Source: Nitrosopumilus sp. (GTDB taxonomy: Archaea; Thermoproteota; Nitrososphaeria; Nitrososphaerales; Nitrosopumilaceae). Taken from it: a stretch of DNA of 64,000 nucleotides. The translations under genes and the position numbers were made by a program. The notes beneath the pieces are model-generated. The model was not told the DNA's origin and searched no databases. It worked only from the letters and a program-made list of their open reading frames with translations. The stretch lies in contig OZ241857.1 of NCBI GenBank assembly GCA_965203315.1, positions 1,600,001 through 1,664,000 of the forward strand. Direction: 5' to 3'. Numbering within the stretch: the stretch's first letter is position 1; the number at the start of each line of letters is the position of its first letter. Below are positions 52,125-62,195 of the stretch, piece by piece.

Positions 52125-52176
52125 TTAGCACCAGATTTAGCTAAATTTGTTGGCACTATATTGAAAATTACCACTA
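52125..52176. promoter_or_regulatory. Three same-orientation boxes (TTAGCACCA, TTGGCACTA, TTACCACTA) upstream of the DUF1722 gene
   Basis: At 52125, 52150 and 52168; minus-strand TATA TTTATATT at 52096-52103. Confidence 0.6.
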
Positions 52177-52208
52177 GCTTATATATCAAATTAACACATG
52201 TCTATTCA

Positions 52209-53090
52209 ATGAAAGCACAACTACTAGTACTGACACTTGTCGTAGTGATATCTACAATATCTGTCGCACATGCCGAAGTTCCTTCGTGGATAAAGAGTAC
52301 AGCAGGATGGTGGGCAGATGGTTCTATATCGGATGACGAGTTTCTCAGTGGTATCTCTTACTTGGTGACAAATGGATTCATAGACGTTCCGACTAGTACG
52401 CAGACATCTACATCCGATACAGTTCCTTCATGGATCAAGACTAATGCAGGATGGTGGGCAGATGGTTCTATATCGGATGACGAGTTTCTCAGTGGTATAT
52501 CGTTTCTGATAGGCGCAGGACTCATTACTGTCGGTACTGATACAACTCAAGATATTGAAAGTGGTGATCAAACCGAACTAGAGTTACTTGAATCAGAACT
52601 TGAAGAGTGTGCCAAGATTACTAGAGCTGTTGATCGAATAGACTGTGAAAAGCCTATCAAAGACGAGATCAAACTCTACGAGTACAAACAAGATTCGACA
52701 AAGTTTGTTGTAGGTCCAATAGTCTACTATTGGAAAGGTCTTGGCTCTGACGGAAATAGTTTCGAGATAAGCTCAAGTGGTCAAGCACTATTGAACATTC
52801 GAATGTTGGCAGAGAATACCGCCTCTGAGAATGTAGCACTACACTGCACTAGCCCGTCTATATGCAACTATGATGTATGGGATGGCTCCAAGTCATTCAA
52901 ATACTCTGGGATGGACTTCACTAGCGGCATGATAGTCATCAAGCCAGGCGCTGCAAAAGAGTTTAACATTCTGTTTGGACCAAACATTGGATATGGTGGA
53001 ACTCAGTTCATATATGATCCATCAAAGAACTACCAGTTTCGGATCAATGAGAACTTTGGAAGTGTCAACATTGATCTGCCACTGGAGTAA
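52209..53090 (+). CDS. Secreted protein with two thaumarchaeal VPSWIK-AGWWADG repeats
   Basis: Signal peptide ending AHA; duplicated domain. Confidence 0.85.
   Translation: MKAQLLVLTLVVVISTISVAHAEVPSWIKSTAGWWADGSISDDEFLSGISYLVTNGFIDVPTSTQTSTSDTVPSWIKTNAGWWADGSISDDEFLSGISFLIGAGLITVGTDTTQDIESGDQTELELLESELEECAKITRAVDRIDCEKPIKDEIKLYEYKQDSTKFVVGPIVYYWKGLGSDGNSFEISSSGQALLNIRMLAENTASENVALHCTSPSICNYDVWDGSKSFKYSGMDFTSGMIVIKPGAAKEFNILFGPNIGYGGTQFIYDPSKNYQFRINENFGSVNIDLPLE
52302..52498 (+). repeat. Identical 53-bp direct repeat (52302-52354, 52446-52498)
   Basis: GCAGGATGGTGGGCAGATGGTTCTATATCGGATGACGAGTTTCTCAGTGGTAT x2. Confidence 0.9.
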
Positions 53091-53104
53091 TTTTTTTTCT
53101 TAAC

Positions 53105-54505
53105 TTATTCCATTCTTATCTCTTCTCGTTTTATCCATATGGTTCTATCATCCTGATCCATTATCTCCACTCCCATGTTAATGACTCTCTGTCGTATCTC
53201 ATCTGCCGCATCAAATTTGGCCGATTTCCTTAAATCTCTGCGTCTTGAAATCAATGCATTGATCTCGTTCTTCTGCTCTGTAGTTACTGTGGACAGTCTT
53301 AGTCCCAATATGTCGATCATCTCTTGAAACTTTGACATTGTAGATTTGATACTCTCTTTTAACACGCCTTTTGCATCGAGACGGTTTATCTCTCTGATCA
53401 TATCGAACAGTGACGAGATCGCAAGATGCGTATTTAGATCTGACTCTAACGCCGCATAAAACTCTAGATGCAACTCTGTAATCTTGTTGTCATATGTACC
53501 ATGTGTACTGTGGCCTATGTCGTCTGTTGTATCTTGTACATGAATCATGGTATAGTAACATGTCTCGATCTGTCTCCACTTTGTGAGGCTCTCTCTGAGT
53601 AATTCTGGTGTATAATCGATCGGTTTTGAATAATGTCCTGATAGACAGAACAGTCGTATTATGTTTGGACCCCAATCTATCATGGCTTGACTGATCGATC
53701 TGATATTTCCAAGTGACTTTGACATCTTTGTACCCTGTATGGTTACCATCCCTACATGTAGCCAAATCTTTGCCATTGGGGTACTAGTGCATGACTCTGA
53801 TTGGGCGATCTCGTTCTCATGATGTGGGAATATCAGATCCCTTCCTCCTCCATGTATGTCAAAACTATCCCCCAAGTACTTGGCACTCATAGCAGAACAT
53901 TCGATATGCCAACCTGGTCTTCCCTTGCCCCAAGGACTATTCCAAGAAGGTTCTGTATCAGTAAACTTCCATACGGCAAAGTCTAGTGGATCTGACTTTT
54001 TCTCATCTATCTGAATTCTTGCACCTGCCTTTAGCTCATCGATCTTCTTCTTTGATAGTTTACCATATTCGGCAAATTTGGCAACTGCAAAATAGATTCC
54101 ATTATCTGTTACATATGCTGTATTGTTCTGTATCAGAGCTCCAACTAGACGTATGATATCTGCAATATGTTCAGTTGCTTTTGGGTACGATGTCGCACGC
54201 AATATGTTCAGCTTGTCTGCATCTACAAAGTATTGATCGATATATCTAGTACTGATCTCTTTGGCACTCATTCCTTCAGTATCTGCTCGTGATATTATCT
54301 TGTCATCTACATCGGTAAAGTTTTGAATCATCACTACTTTGACCCCCTTTGACTCTAGATATCGTCGCAATACATCAAAGACTATGATAGTTCTTGCATG
54401 ACCAATATGTGACTCGTCATATACGGTAACACCACATAGATAGATCTTGACCGTCTCTTGTTCTAAAATTATCTGTGTATCCGATAATGTGTCATGTAGT
54501 TTCAT
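53105..54505 (-). CDS. cysS: Cysteinyl-tRNA synthetase
   Basis: [32 protein letters not shown]. Confidence 0.97.
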   Translation of the reverse strand: MKLHDTLSDTQIILEQETVKIYLCGVTVYDESHIGHARTIIVFDVLRRYLESKGVKVVMIQNFTDVDDKIISRADTEGMSAKEISTRYIDQYFVDADKLNILRATSYPKATEHIADIIRLVGALIQNNTAYVTDNGIYFAVAKFAEYGKLSKKKIDELKAGARIQIDEKKSDPLDFAVWKFTDTEPSWNSPWGKGRPGWHIECSAMSAKYLGDSFDIHGGGRDLIFPHHENEIAQSESCTSTPMAKIWLHVGMVTIQGTKMSKSLGNIRSISQAMIDWGPNIIRLFCLSGHYSKPIDYTPELLRESLTKWRQIETCYYTMIHVQDTTDDIGHSTHGTYDNKITELHLEFYAALESDLNTHLAISSLFDMIREINRLDAKGVLKESIKSTMSKFQEMIDILGLRLSTVTTEQKNEINALISRRRDLRKSAKFDAADEIRQRVINMGVEIMDQDDRTIWIKREEIRME

Positions 54506-55290
54506 TTGTGATCCCTTGGGTCTTGCGGTATGATTCGTTTGTGATGTGTGTTCTTGTTTAGTGATATGATCTGCTGTATCGTACTAGAATCTATCTGTGT
54601 TGTTTTTGCAATCTCTGATACATCCATACCTTTTTCCATGCAATATATGATCGAGTCGATCTCTTCATACGTTGCACCAATCTCATCTTGAGCGTCATGA
54701 TCGGACCATAGATGTGGGCTACTCTTCTTTGAGATGATCTCTGTCGGTACTCCTAGATACTTTGCAATCTCTCTTATCTGAAGTTTATACATCGACGAGA
54801 TTGGTACAATGTCTGCTGCTCCATCACCAAACTTTGTAAAGTATCCCAACATGTATTCACTCTTGTCGCTAGTTCCCAAAACTAGATATCCTTTTACATT
54901 TGCATAATAGTATAGAATATTTGCTCGCACCCGTGCCCTTAGATTTCCTTTGGCTCGTTTGTTTGGCTCTATGTACATAGAATATTCATTTACTATTGGT
55001 TTGATATCGATTAACTTGTATGCTATGCCTGTCAACGCAACTACTTTGAGCGCGTCTCTTGTCTCTTGTTCTGGAGTGATATCGGTATCTGGCATTACTA
55101 TGCCTAACGCCTTGTTTCCAAGTTCTTTACATAGATATGCAACAACAGACGAGTCTATTCCACCACTGAGTCCAAAGATCACACCTTGAGAGTCTTGATG
55201 TGCCATCTCTTTTATGATGCCGTCTCTAATCTCTGATACGATCTGTTTATAGTCTTGATTCTTTATGTTGTCGATTATAGTTTGATTCAA
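54502..55290 (-). CDS. nadE: NH3-dependent NAD synthetase
   Basis: GLSGGIDS, GNLRARVR, GYFTKFGDG; probable TTG start at 55290 rather than 55464. Confidence 0.94.
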   Translation of the reverse strand: MNQTIIDNIKNQDYKQIVSEIRDGIIKEMAHQDSQGVIFGLSGGIDSSVVAYLCKELGNKALGIVMPDTDITPEQETRDALKVVALTGIAYKLIDIKPIVNEYSMYIEPNKRAKGNLRARVRANILYYYANVKGYLVLGTSDKSEYMLGYFTKFGDGAADIVPISSMYKLQIREIAKYLGVPTEIISKKSSPHLWSDHDAQDEIGATYEEIDSIIYCMEKGMDVSEIAKTTQIDSSTIQQIISLNKNTHHKRIIPQDPRDHK

Positions 55291-55525
55291 CTGTTGGTAT
55301 GAATCTGCTTGGGAATTAAAAAGTTGTACTGCATCATGTACATCGTACTGTACATCGTCTGTACATTGTATAATGTACATCGTATATTCACGTGTATAGA
55401 GGGGGACACTATTGATACAAAAAACAAGATAACGTCGATCATTACTATGGAAACCTAATATCATGCTCGTATAATGTCGTATGTGTCAAGTTGTATGTCT
55501 TGTACTATGAATCATGTACGATAAA

Positions 55526-55828
55526 TCAAATGTCCACATAGATCCCATCGTCTCTTGTCTCTATTGGATATGTTGTCAGTTTGACATCTTTGAGATAATC
55601 GACCAACTCGCCGGTTTTAATGTTATAGTGCCAAAAGTGTAATGGACACTCTACTATGTTGCCGTCTAGTTTTCCAGGCGCAATTGAACCATCTTGATGA
55701 ACACAGAGATCGTCTAGTGCGTGATATCCATCTTGATTGAATATGGCGATCTGTTTGTCATCGATCTTGAAAGATTTACCTTTTCCTGATGCAATATCGC
55801 CCTTTTCGGCAACCTTTTTCCATGCCAT
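55526..55828 (-). CDS. Rieske [2Fe-2S] ferredoxin
   Basis: CVH and CPLH ligands. Confidence 0.92.
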   Translation of the reverse strand: MAWKKVAEKGDIASGKGKSFKIDDKQIAIFNQDGYHALDDLCVHQDGSIAPGKLDGNIVECPLHFWHYNIKTGELVDYLKDVKLTTYPIETRDDGIYVDI

Positions 55829-56489
55829 ATTTGTATCAACATTAGTTGCTGTTTATTTAGATTCGTAATGATCTATAACAAGATGTTACGTTGTTTTTGA
55901 TACTCAGACAAGAACTGGATATCTGATTGTGGCATTTGTAAAACAGTTCACCCAATCATTTGATGTGCTCACCTTCAGACTCCTCGTCAATACATGTTCT
56001 TTCTTTTGTGGGTTGCCTTTTGATAAATACGACTGATAGTCTTTTATGACCGTCCTTTAGAGACATGTGTGTCCTATCATAGTTGTACTGTTTCATGACC
56101 AGAACAATTGGATCGAATCTCTTCGATTTATGCGAGGTAGATTTTTACAAGACTTTTTCTTAACATGTTAAAGTTGTATGTTGTTTTCTGTCAAAATTCC
56201 ATTTCGCATAAATTGAAGGGATCCTATATGTCAAATACGGTCAGAATACTTGTCAAGGAACGGCTCTGTTCGATGAATATTTTGATAATAATGATGGTTT
56301 AAAGATGATTTGCATAAAAATACAAGACAGATGCGCGGCGTGGAATTAGTTTATAGTCGCAACTCAAAATTACTGTATCTAAATATCGTTTTTTATTACA
56401 AAATGGACACGATTCTGACAATTAGATTACAGAATTGATATTCGACGAAAAAAACTAACAGTTTGCAAGTGTGTGTTTTTAATTATTCA

Positions 56490-56758
56490 TAGATTATGTG
56501 TAGCAACTCTAAAGAATAATTCTTGAACCATGTTGTCCCATGGTATTGATTTTAGTCCTTCACCAAACACACGCTTCATTGTAGAAAATACACCTTTCAC
56601 TGAAGAGCGATCACCATAACTCTGTTTTCTCCACAACACACTTGATTTTTTAATCTATCCTTTTCTGTGATCTTTACATCTTTGCACTTTGAACCAAAAG
56701 TTAATTGAATTTGGGCCGCTTCACTTCTAACCTTTTGAAGATTTGTTTTAGCGTTATA
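56490..56758 (-). pseudogene. Frameshifted C-terminal remnant of an IS5-family transposase
   Basis: SYGDRSSVKGVFSTMKRVFGEGLKSIPWDNMVQEL matches the 26538-27614 transposase C-terminus. Confidence 0.75.
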
Positions 56759-56759
56759 C

Positions 56760-56968
56760 ACCAAAGTGCAAAAGTATTTTCCAACACGACAACAAAAGAA
56801 CACACATGTACTTTTTATGGGCGTGCCCATCTTGTAATGACGACAGCGTATATGCTATTTCCATAGGCAAAATCGTTCAAGTGGTGTTTTTGATTTTCGT
56901 AAAGATGTATTTATAATTACACACATGCTATTCTACGATCTACATGGAAAATACTTTTGCACTTTGGT
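56760..56968. mobile_element. 209-bp MITE
   Basis: Perfect 24-bp TIR ACCAAAGTGCAAAAGTATTTTCCA (56760-56783 / 56945-56968); no clear TSD. Confidence 0.75.
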
Positions 56969-57044
56969 ATGTGGGATTTTCCTCATCTCCCGATAACTTC
57001 ACAAAACCCATCTACAATATATAGTTTAATCGACTACAAATTGT

Positions 57045-57482
57045 ATGTGTGGACATGAAGAAAAAAACAGTCCAATGTATGAAGAAATAAAAGTTAGAGG
57101 AATATCGAAGTCGTCTATCGGCACCATCAAAGAATCGAATGACATTGTAACAACTATAAGTATTCGCAAGGACTCTCTAAAAATATGGGACAAATATAAG
57201 AACGATCCTGAAGAAACATACGAGGATATGTTTAAACGCATATTTGATACTATTGATTACTTTGTTAGAACTATTACCGCATCAGATGTGGAGTTCTTAC
57301 ATAAGCGGCCTCTTACACACAATCGTTTTACGGAACCACAAGTAGATCTAATTCGTCGCATATTTGATATGATAACCGACATCACAGAGCCAGCAACTCC
57401 AGAAGAGATTGTCGCCGTTAGAGAATTTCAAATTGACAATGGAAGACTATATACCGATAACGAAATTTTGACAATAAATTAA
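57045..57482 (+). CDS. Putative antitoxin
   Basis: RHH-like TTISIRKDS...ETYEDMFKRI; ends 5 bp before a RelE-like gene. Confidence 0.55.
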   Translation: MCGHEEKNSPMYEEIKVRGISKSSIGTIKESNDIVTTISIRKDSLKIWDKYKNDPEETYEDMFKRIFDTIDYFVRTITASDVEFLHKRPLTHNRFTEPQVDLIRRIFDMITDITEPATPEEIVAVREFQIDNGRLYTDNEILTIN

Positions 57483-57487
57483 AAATA

Positions 57488-57751
57488 ATGTGGAAAGTAC
57501 ATAAAGAAAATGCATTTGAATCACAAGTTAAAAGATTAGACCCACAAATCCAAGAACGCGTAAACGATGCAATAAATGAACTACGTGATTCGGTATTACC
57601 AGCACGACTAGGAGAATACAAACGCAGTATGAGAGATTATACATATGAGATTGAAAGAAAGTATAGACTAGTGTATAATTTTGAGTATATTGAAAAGACA
57701 ATAATTGTATATCGCGTATGCGATCACAAATCGGTCTACATTAGAGATTAA
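57488..57751 (+). CDS. RelE/ParE-family toxin
   Basis: AFESQVKRLD...YRLVYNF...RVCDHKSVY. Confidence 0.8.
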   Translation: MWKVHKENAFESQVKRLDPQIQERVNDAINELRDSVLPARLGEYKRSMRDYTYEIERKYRLVYNFEYIEKTIIVYRVCDHKSVYIRD

Positions 57752-57908
57752 ACTTTGGTTTTTTAACTTATCGTGGAGTATTTGGCATTTGGGAGAGTTC
57801 GTGGAATTATACTCATAGTAAAATTATCATGATAAAAAATTAAAAGATTACATGATTTATGCTCCAAATATCGAAAATTTACATAATTCAAGGTGAATTA
57901 TTTAATAT

Positions 57909-58511
57909 GGCGATTATAAACCTACAGCCCCTAACATGGTTTGTAGAAGTAAATCAAACAAATCACGATCTTGGATATTGTATCGTCAATCCACCTCTTT
58001 AAGATACAGTAGGAATTTCTTTGAACTCACACCACGATACTTTGCCAAGTTCAATTTAACAAAGCCCCAACACCCTTCCATTCTGTTGATATGCACTCGC
58101 ATTTTAGAAAAAGAACTGGCGATTAGGTATCCATTGTCCCCAAATACCCTTGAACTACGTACAAATTTAATGTCCGAAATCAGTCAGAAAATGAAAGGAT
58201 ACATCAGAAATTGATTGAAAATTAATGGATTCTATCTCAATATGTCCGAATTTCGTATCTGTTTTGCCATGTTATCGATCAGCAGGTTTGCGGGGCTTGA
58301 TATCTCTAATCTCCAAGAAATTTTTGATGATTAACTGATTCTCGATCATATCCGTGAAAGACCAGAGTGTCATATCCTTTCCATTTGTCTGTGCATTCAT
58401 GCTTGATTATTGCCAATTCATTATTACTCATATCGATAAGAGATTTTAGATTCAATGCCACTTGTCACTCATTGCTCCACATCATTTAGGGGCTGTAGGT
58501 TTATAATCGCC
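57909..58511 (-). mobile_element. Internally deleted IS1595-family element, 603 bp
   Basis: Perfect 26-bp TIR GGCGATTATAAACCTACAGCCCCTAA; TTAATAT on both flanks; minus strand HINRMEGCWGFVKLNLAKYRGVSSKKFLLYLKEVD*RYN. Confidence 0.85.
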
Positions 58512-58605
58512 TTAATATAATCATACATGTTAGTATCTATTGACACTGAGTTGCTCTAAAGCAATTTCGTAGAAGGTGTTCTAGACCCTTCTACACCCTT
58601 TGTAT

Positions 58606-58713
58606 TAGTCCTGTGATTATGCTTTTTGGCATACAAGTGATTCACTTTACTAACTGCCTCTTGATTGATGGTATTTCATATCCTGATTGCCAAAAAACAT
58701 AATCACAGGACTA
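58606..58713. mobile_element. 108-bp MITE (family B)
   Basis: 26-bp TIR TAGTCCTGTGATTATG(C/T)TTTTTGGCA with one mismatch; TAT/TA flanks; lone related end at about 28838-28867. Confidence 0.8.
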
Positions 58714-58924
58714 TATACATGTGATGTACTAAAGATCGCTCTAGATCATAATCATTAACTTTGACTTCACTTGATTTTATGAATATTTTTTCACATAATT
58801 TCAACTATACTCGTACAAAATCTGTCCAAGCACTACTTCCATATGACGATAACAGATTCTCGATGCTGATAATATCACCTTATTATGAGGGTCTAAATTT
58901 TGACTATGTGCTAACCACTACAAT

Positions 58925-59062
58925 AGACTGTATGCACATTATTGAGTGCCCATGTCTCATCATCAAACATGACAACAATGAATCGATTTGCTTCTAGAAA
59001 TTACGCCTGTGTTTTATTGTACCTTAAATGTGCGTATGATGTAAGAAACATGCATACAGTCT
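58925..59062. mobile_element. MITE family A copy 3 (138 bp)
   Basis: AGACTGTATGCA...TGCATACAGTCT with 3-bp TSD AAT. Confidence 0.88.
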
Positions 59063-59136
59063 AATAACAGAGATTGCGATCGCCTTGATTTTATTGGTGC
59101 AATACATGTTTGGGGGGTTCGAAATGAGCAATCGCC
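59063..59136 (+). pseudogene. 3' remnant of an IS1595-family element
   Basis: Similar to 26257-26323 (ATTGCGATC...CAATACATGTT) and ends AATCGCC. Confidence 0.55.
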
Positions 59137-59270
59137 TTTCAAATACCCACGATAAGTTAAAAGAACCAAAATTTGTTGGACATAGCCTTTGGTAAGAAAC
59201 AAACAACTTTTTGGCTCTTGTAATACAGACAACATGATAGCATTTTATATTCATGTTGTAGCGATCTGAT

Positions 59271-60512
59271 ATGAGTCGTGTAAAATCTAACGCAAAACTA
59301 GTCGCACAAGGTAAACTCTCATACGAGTGGGCACGCTCTCATATGAAGATTCTAGATAATACTATCTCTAGACTAAAAAAATCAAAGCCACTACATGGTA
59401 TAACGCTAGGATTTTGCCTTCACATCACAAAAGAGACTTGTGTTCTTTTGATGGGAGCAAAAGAACTCGGTGCAACTGTTGCCTGTTGTGGTGGAAATCC
59501 TCTAACTACTCAAGACGATATTGCGGCATTTCTAGTAGAACAAGGTATTCATGTATATGCATGGCATGGTCAATCTGTAAAAGAGTATGATTGGTGTATA
59601 GACCAAGTTTTAAAACACAAGCCACTGATCCTCACCGACGACGGTGCAGATATGAACATTAAAGCTCATTTTGATAAGCGATTTACAAATCAAGAGATTC
59701 TAGGAGCAACTGAAGAGACGACAGCAGGCGTCACTAGAATTCGAGCCGTAGAGAATCAAGGCAAACTTCGTTATCCTGTAATCTTGGTAAATGAGGCATA
59801 CACAAAACACATGTTTGATAATAGATACGGAACAGGTCAAAGTACGATAGATGGTTATCTGCGCGCAATGAATCTACTATTGGCATCCAAACGCGTAGTT
59901 GTAGTTGGATATGGTTGGGTAGGGCGTGGTGTAGCAGCACGCTGTGCTGGAATGGGATCTAGAGTAATCGTAACCGAAGTTGATCCTGTAAAGGCACTTG
60001 AGGCTCATATGGATGGATTTGATGTAATGCCAATGTCTCAAGCAGCTAAACTAGGCGAGATATTTATCACATGTACTGGAATGACTAGCGTCATAAGACG
60101 CGAACATATCTTAAAGATGCAAGACGGTGCTGTCTTGGGAAATGTAGGTCACTTTGACGTTGAAATAGATAGCAAGTTTCTACTAAAAGAGTCCAAGTCG
60201 GTAAGACAAGTACGACCAAATCTAGACGAATGTGTCTTGTCTAATGGTCGTAGGATATATCTGATTGGTCAAGGGCGTCTTGCAAACCTAGTCGCAGCTG
60301 AGGGTCACCCCCCTGAGGTCATGGCACAGTCATTCTCCAACCAAATACTCTCGATACTGTATATCCTCAAAAACCATAAAGAGATGGAAAAGAAGATCAT
60401 TACTGTTCCACCAGAGATCGATAAACAAGTTGCAGTAGATGCGCTACAGGCAATGCATATCAAGATAGATAAACTAACTCCAGAGCAACTCAAGTATGCA
60501 AACAGCTGGTAA
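59271..60512 (+). CDS. ahcY: Adenosylhomocysteinase
   Basis: NPLTTQD, EETTAG, FDNRYGTGQS, GYGWVGRG, GHFDVE, GRLANL, GHP. Confidence 0.97.
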   Translation: MSRVKSNAKLVAQGKLSYEWARSHMKILDNTISRLKKSKPLHGITLGFCLHITKETCVLLMGAKELGATVACCGGNPLTTQDDIAAFLVEQGIHVYAWHGQSVKEYDWCIDQVLKHKPLILTDDGADMNIKAHFDKRFTNQEILGATEETTAGVTRIRAVENQGKLRYPVILVNEAYTKHMFDNRYGTGQSTIDGYLRAMNLLLASKRVVVVGYGWVGRGVAARCAGMGSRVIVTEVDPVKALEAHMDGFDVMPMSQAAKLGEIFITCTGMTSVIRREHILKMQDGAVLGNVGHFDVEIDSKFLLKESKSVRQVRPNLDECVLSNGRRIYLIGQGRLANLVAAEGHPPEVMAQSFSNQILSILYILKNHKEMEKKIITVPPEIDKQVAVDALQAMHIKIDKLTPEQLKYANSW

Positions 60513-60542
60513 GATTATAACATATGAAGAGTCATCAGTATT

Positions 60543-62195
60543 ATGACCAAGAGAGCAATAATTACTAGTGCGCTACCATACGCCAATGGTGAGATTCATC
60601 TAGGTCACATAGCATCAACATATCTTCCTGCTGATGTAACATGCAGATTCTTAAAACTAGACGGAGTCGAGTCTTACTATATCTGTGCATCTGATGACTT
60701 TGGAACTCCAATACTAATCCAATCTGAACGAGAAGGTAAGACTCCCAAAGAGTATGTTGAATATTGGAACAAGCGAGACTGTGAAGACTTTGCAGCACTT
60801 GGAATAAAGTTTGACTACTTTTACAAGACCAGCTCGCCTGAAAATATCGAGTTTGTCCAAAAAGTATTCAAAAAGTTAGACGCCGCTGATCATATCTACG
60901 AGAAAGAGATAATCCAGTTTTACTGCGCATATGATAAAAAGTTCTTGCCAGATAGGTACGTGAGTGGTTCATGTCCTTACTGCCAAGCTACCGATCAATA
61001 CTCTGATCTGTGTGAGAGCTGTGGACGAGTTCCTGAAGAGATTATTGATCCACGTTGTACATTGTGTGGTAGACCACCAACAAAAGAGAAGACTGTACAT
61101 TATTTCTTTAGATTGACAAATTTTGCGGACAAACTATCTGATTGGCTTGATCAAAACAAGAATCTACAAAAAGACGTAAAAAAGTATGTACAAAACTGGA
61201 TCAGCTCTGGTCTGATCGATTGGGACATCACTCGTGATATATCTTGGGGGGTACCGGTCCCTGTCGATGGCGTAGCGAATAAAGTATTCTATGGGTGGTT
61301 TGATAATCATCTCGCGTACATATCAACTGCACTCAAGTTTCTAAATGATAATGGTATCGACGGCAAAGAGTTTTGGAACTCTGCTGATATCTATCACTTT
61401 ATTGGTAAGGATATTGTTTATCATCACTATCTGTTCTTACCTGCAATGCGACTTGGTATCGATAGTGAATTCAAACTACCTGACTATATTCCAACTCGTG
61501 GTCATCTGACGCTACAATCTAAAAAGATCTCTAAAAGCAGAGACTGGTATATTGGGCTGCGCGACTTTCTGAAACATTATCCGCCTGACTATCTCCGATA
61601 CTATCTGATCTCGATAAATCCCTACTCGCAAGATGATTTGAACTTTGATTGGGACGACTTTGCAGTTAGGATCAACTCTGAATTGATAGGAAACTTGGGA
61701 AACTTTGTAAATCGAGCATTAGGGTTTACAAAAAAAGTATTCGATGGCATAATTCCCGAGACCACAAAATACGATGATAAAGATCAAGAGATCATCACAC
61801 AGATTAACAGATTAGGAGATGACGTTGGTAACCTGTTACATCAAAATCACATAGATCGTGCATTAAAGAGACTCTTGGAATTTTCATCTACCCTCAATGT
61901 ATACTTTCAACACAAAGAGCCATGGAGACGTGGTGTCGGCACTGAAAATTGTATCTATCTATCGGTTAATGCTGTGTACAGTATCGCTTTGTGTGTATCC
62001 CCATTTCTACCCGAGTCTGCACAAAAGATATGGAACCAACTAGCAATGACTCAACCTATACAAGACTATACGTGGAGAGACATATCGACACTTGCAATCA
62101 AACCAGGACACAAGATAGGTGATCCATCGCCGTTATTTACAAAGATAGAAGTTGCTGACATTGAGAGACATAAGAACGATCTAGGTGTACCGTAG
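60543..62195 (+). CDS. metG: Methionyl-tRNA synthetase
   Basis: ALPYANGEIHLGH, Zn knuckles, FIGKDI, KISKS. Confidence 0.97.
   Translation: MTKRAIITSALPYANGEIHLGHIASTYLPADVTCRFLKLDGVESYYICASDDFGTPILIQSEREGKTPKEYVEYWNKRDCEDFAALGIKFDYFYKTSSPENIEFVQKVFKKLDAADHIYEKEIIQFYCAYDKKFLPDRYVSGSCPYCQATDQYSDLCESCGRVPEEIIDPRCTLCGRPPTKEKTVHYFFRLTNFADKLSDWLDQNKNLQKDVKKYVQNWISSGLIDWDITRDISWGVPVPVDGVANKVFYGWFDNHLAYISTALKFLNDNGIDGKEFWNSADIYHFIGKDIVYHHYLFLPAMRLGIDSEFKLPDYIPTRGHLTLQSKKISKSRDWYIGLRDFLKHYPPDYLRYYLISINPYSQDDLNFDWDDFAVRINSELIGNLGNFVNRALGFTKKVFDGIIPETTKYDDKDQEIITQINRLGDDVGNLLHQNHIDRALKRLLEFSSTLNVYFQHKEPWRRGVGTENCIYLSVNAVYSIALCVSPFLPESAQKIWNQLAMTQPIQDYTWRDISTLAIKPGHKIGDPSPLFTKIEVADIERHKNDLGVP

Noticed and set aside
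55626-55634. TAGTGCCAA match inside the Rieske gene; another at 44946 inside the SRPBCC gene
   Set aside because: Both are single copies within coding sequence and probably chance; not counted as operators.
1265-60798. Numerous 60-170 aa ORFs antisense to or overlapping well-supported genes (e.g. 24007-24522, 32027-32530, 42800-43321)
   Set aside because: They are shadow frames of real genes with no motifs.
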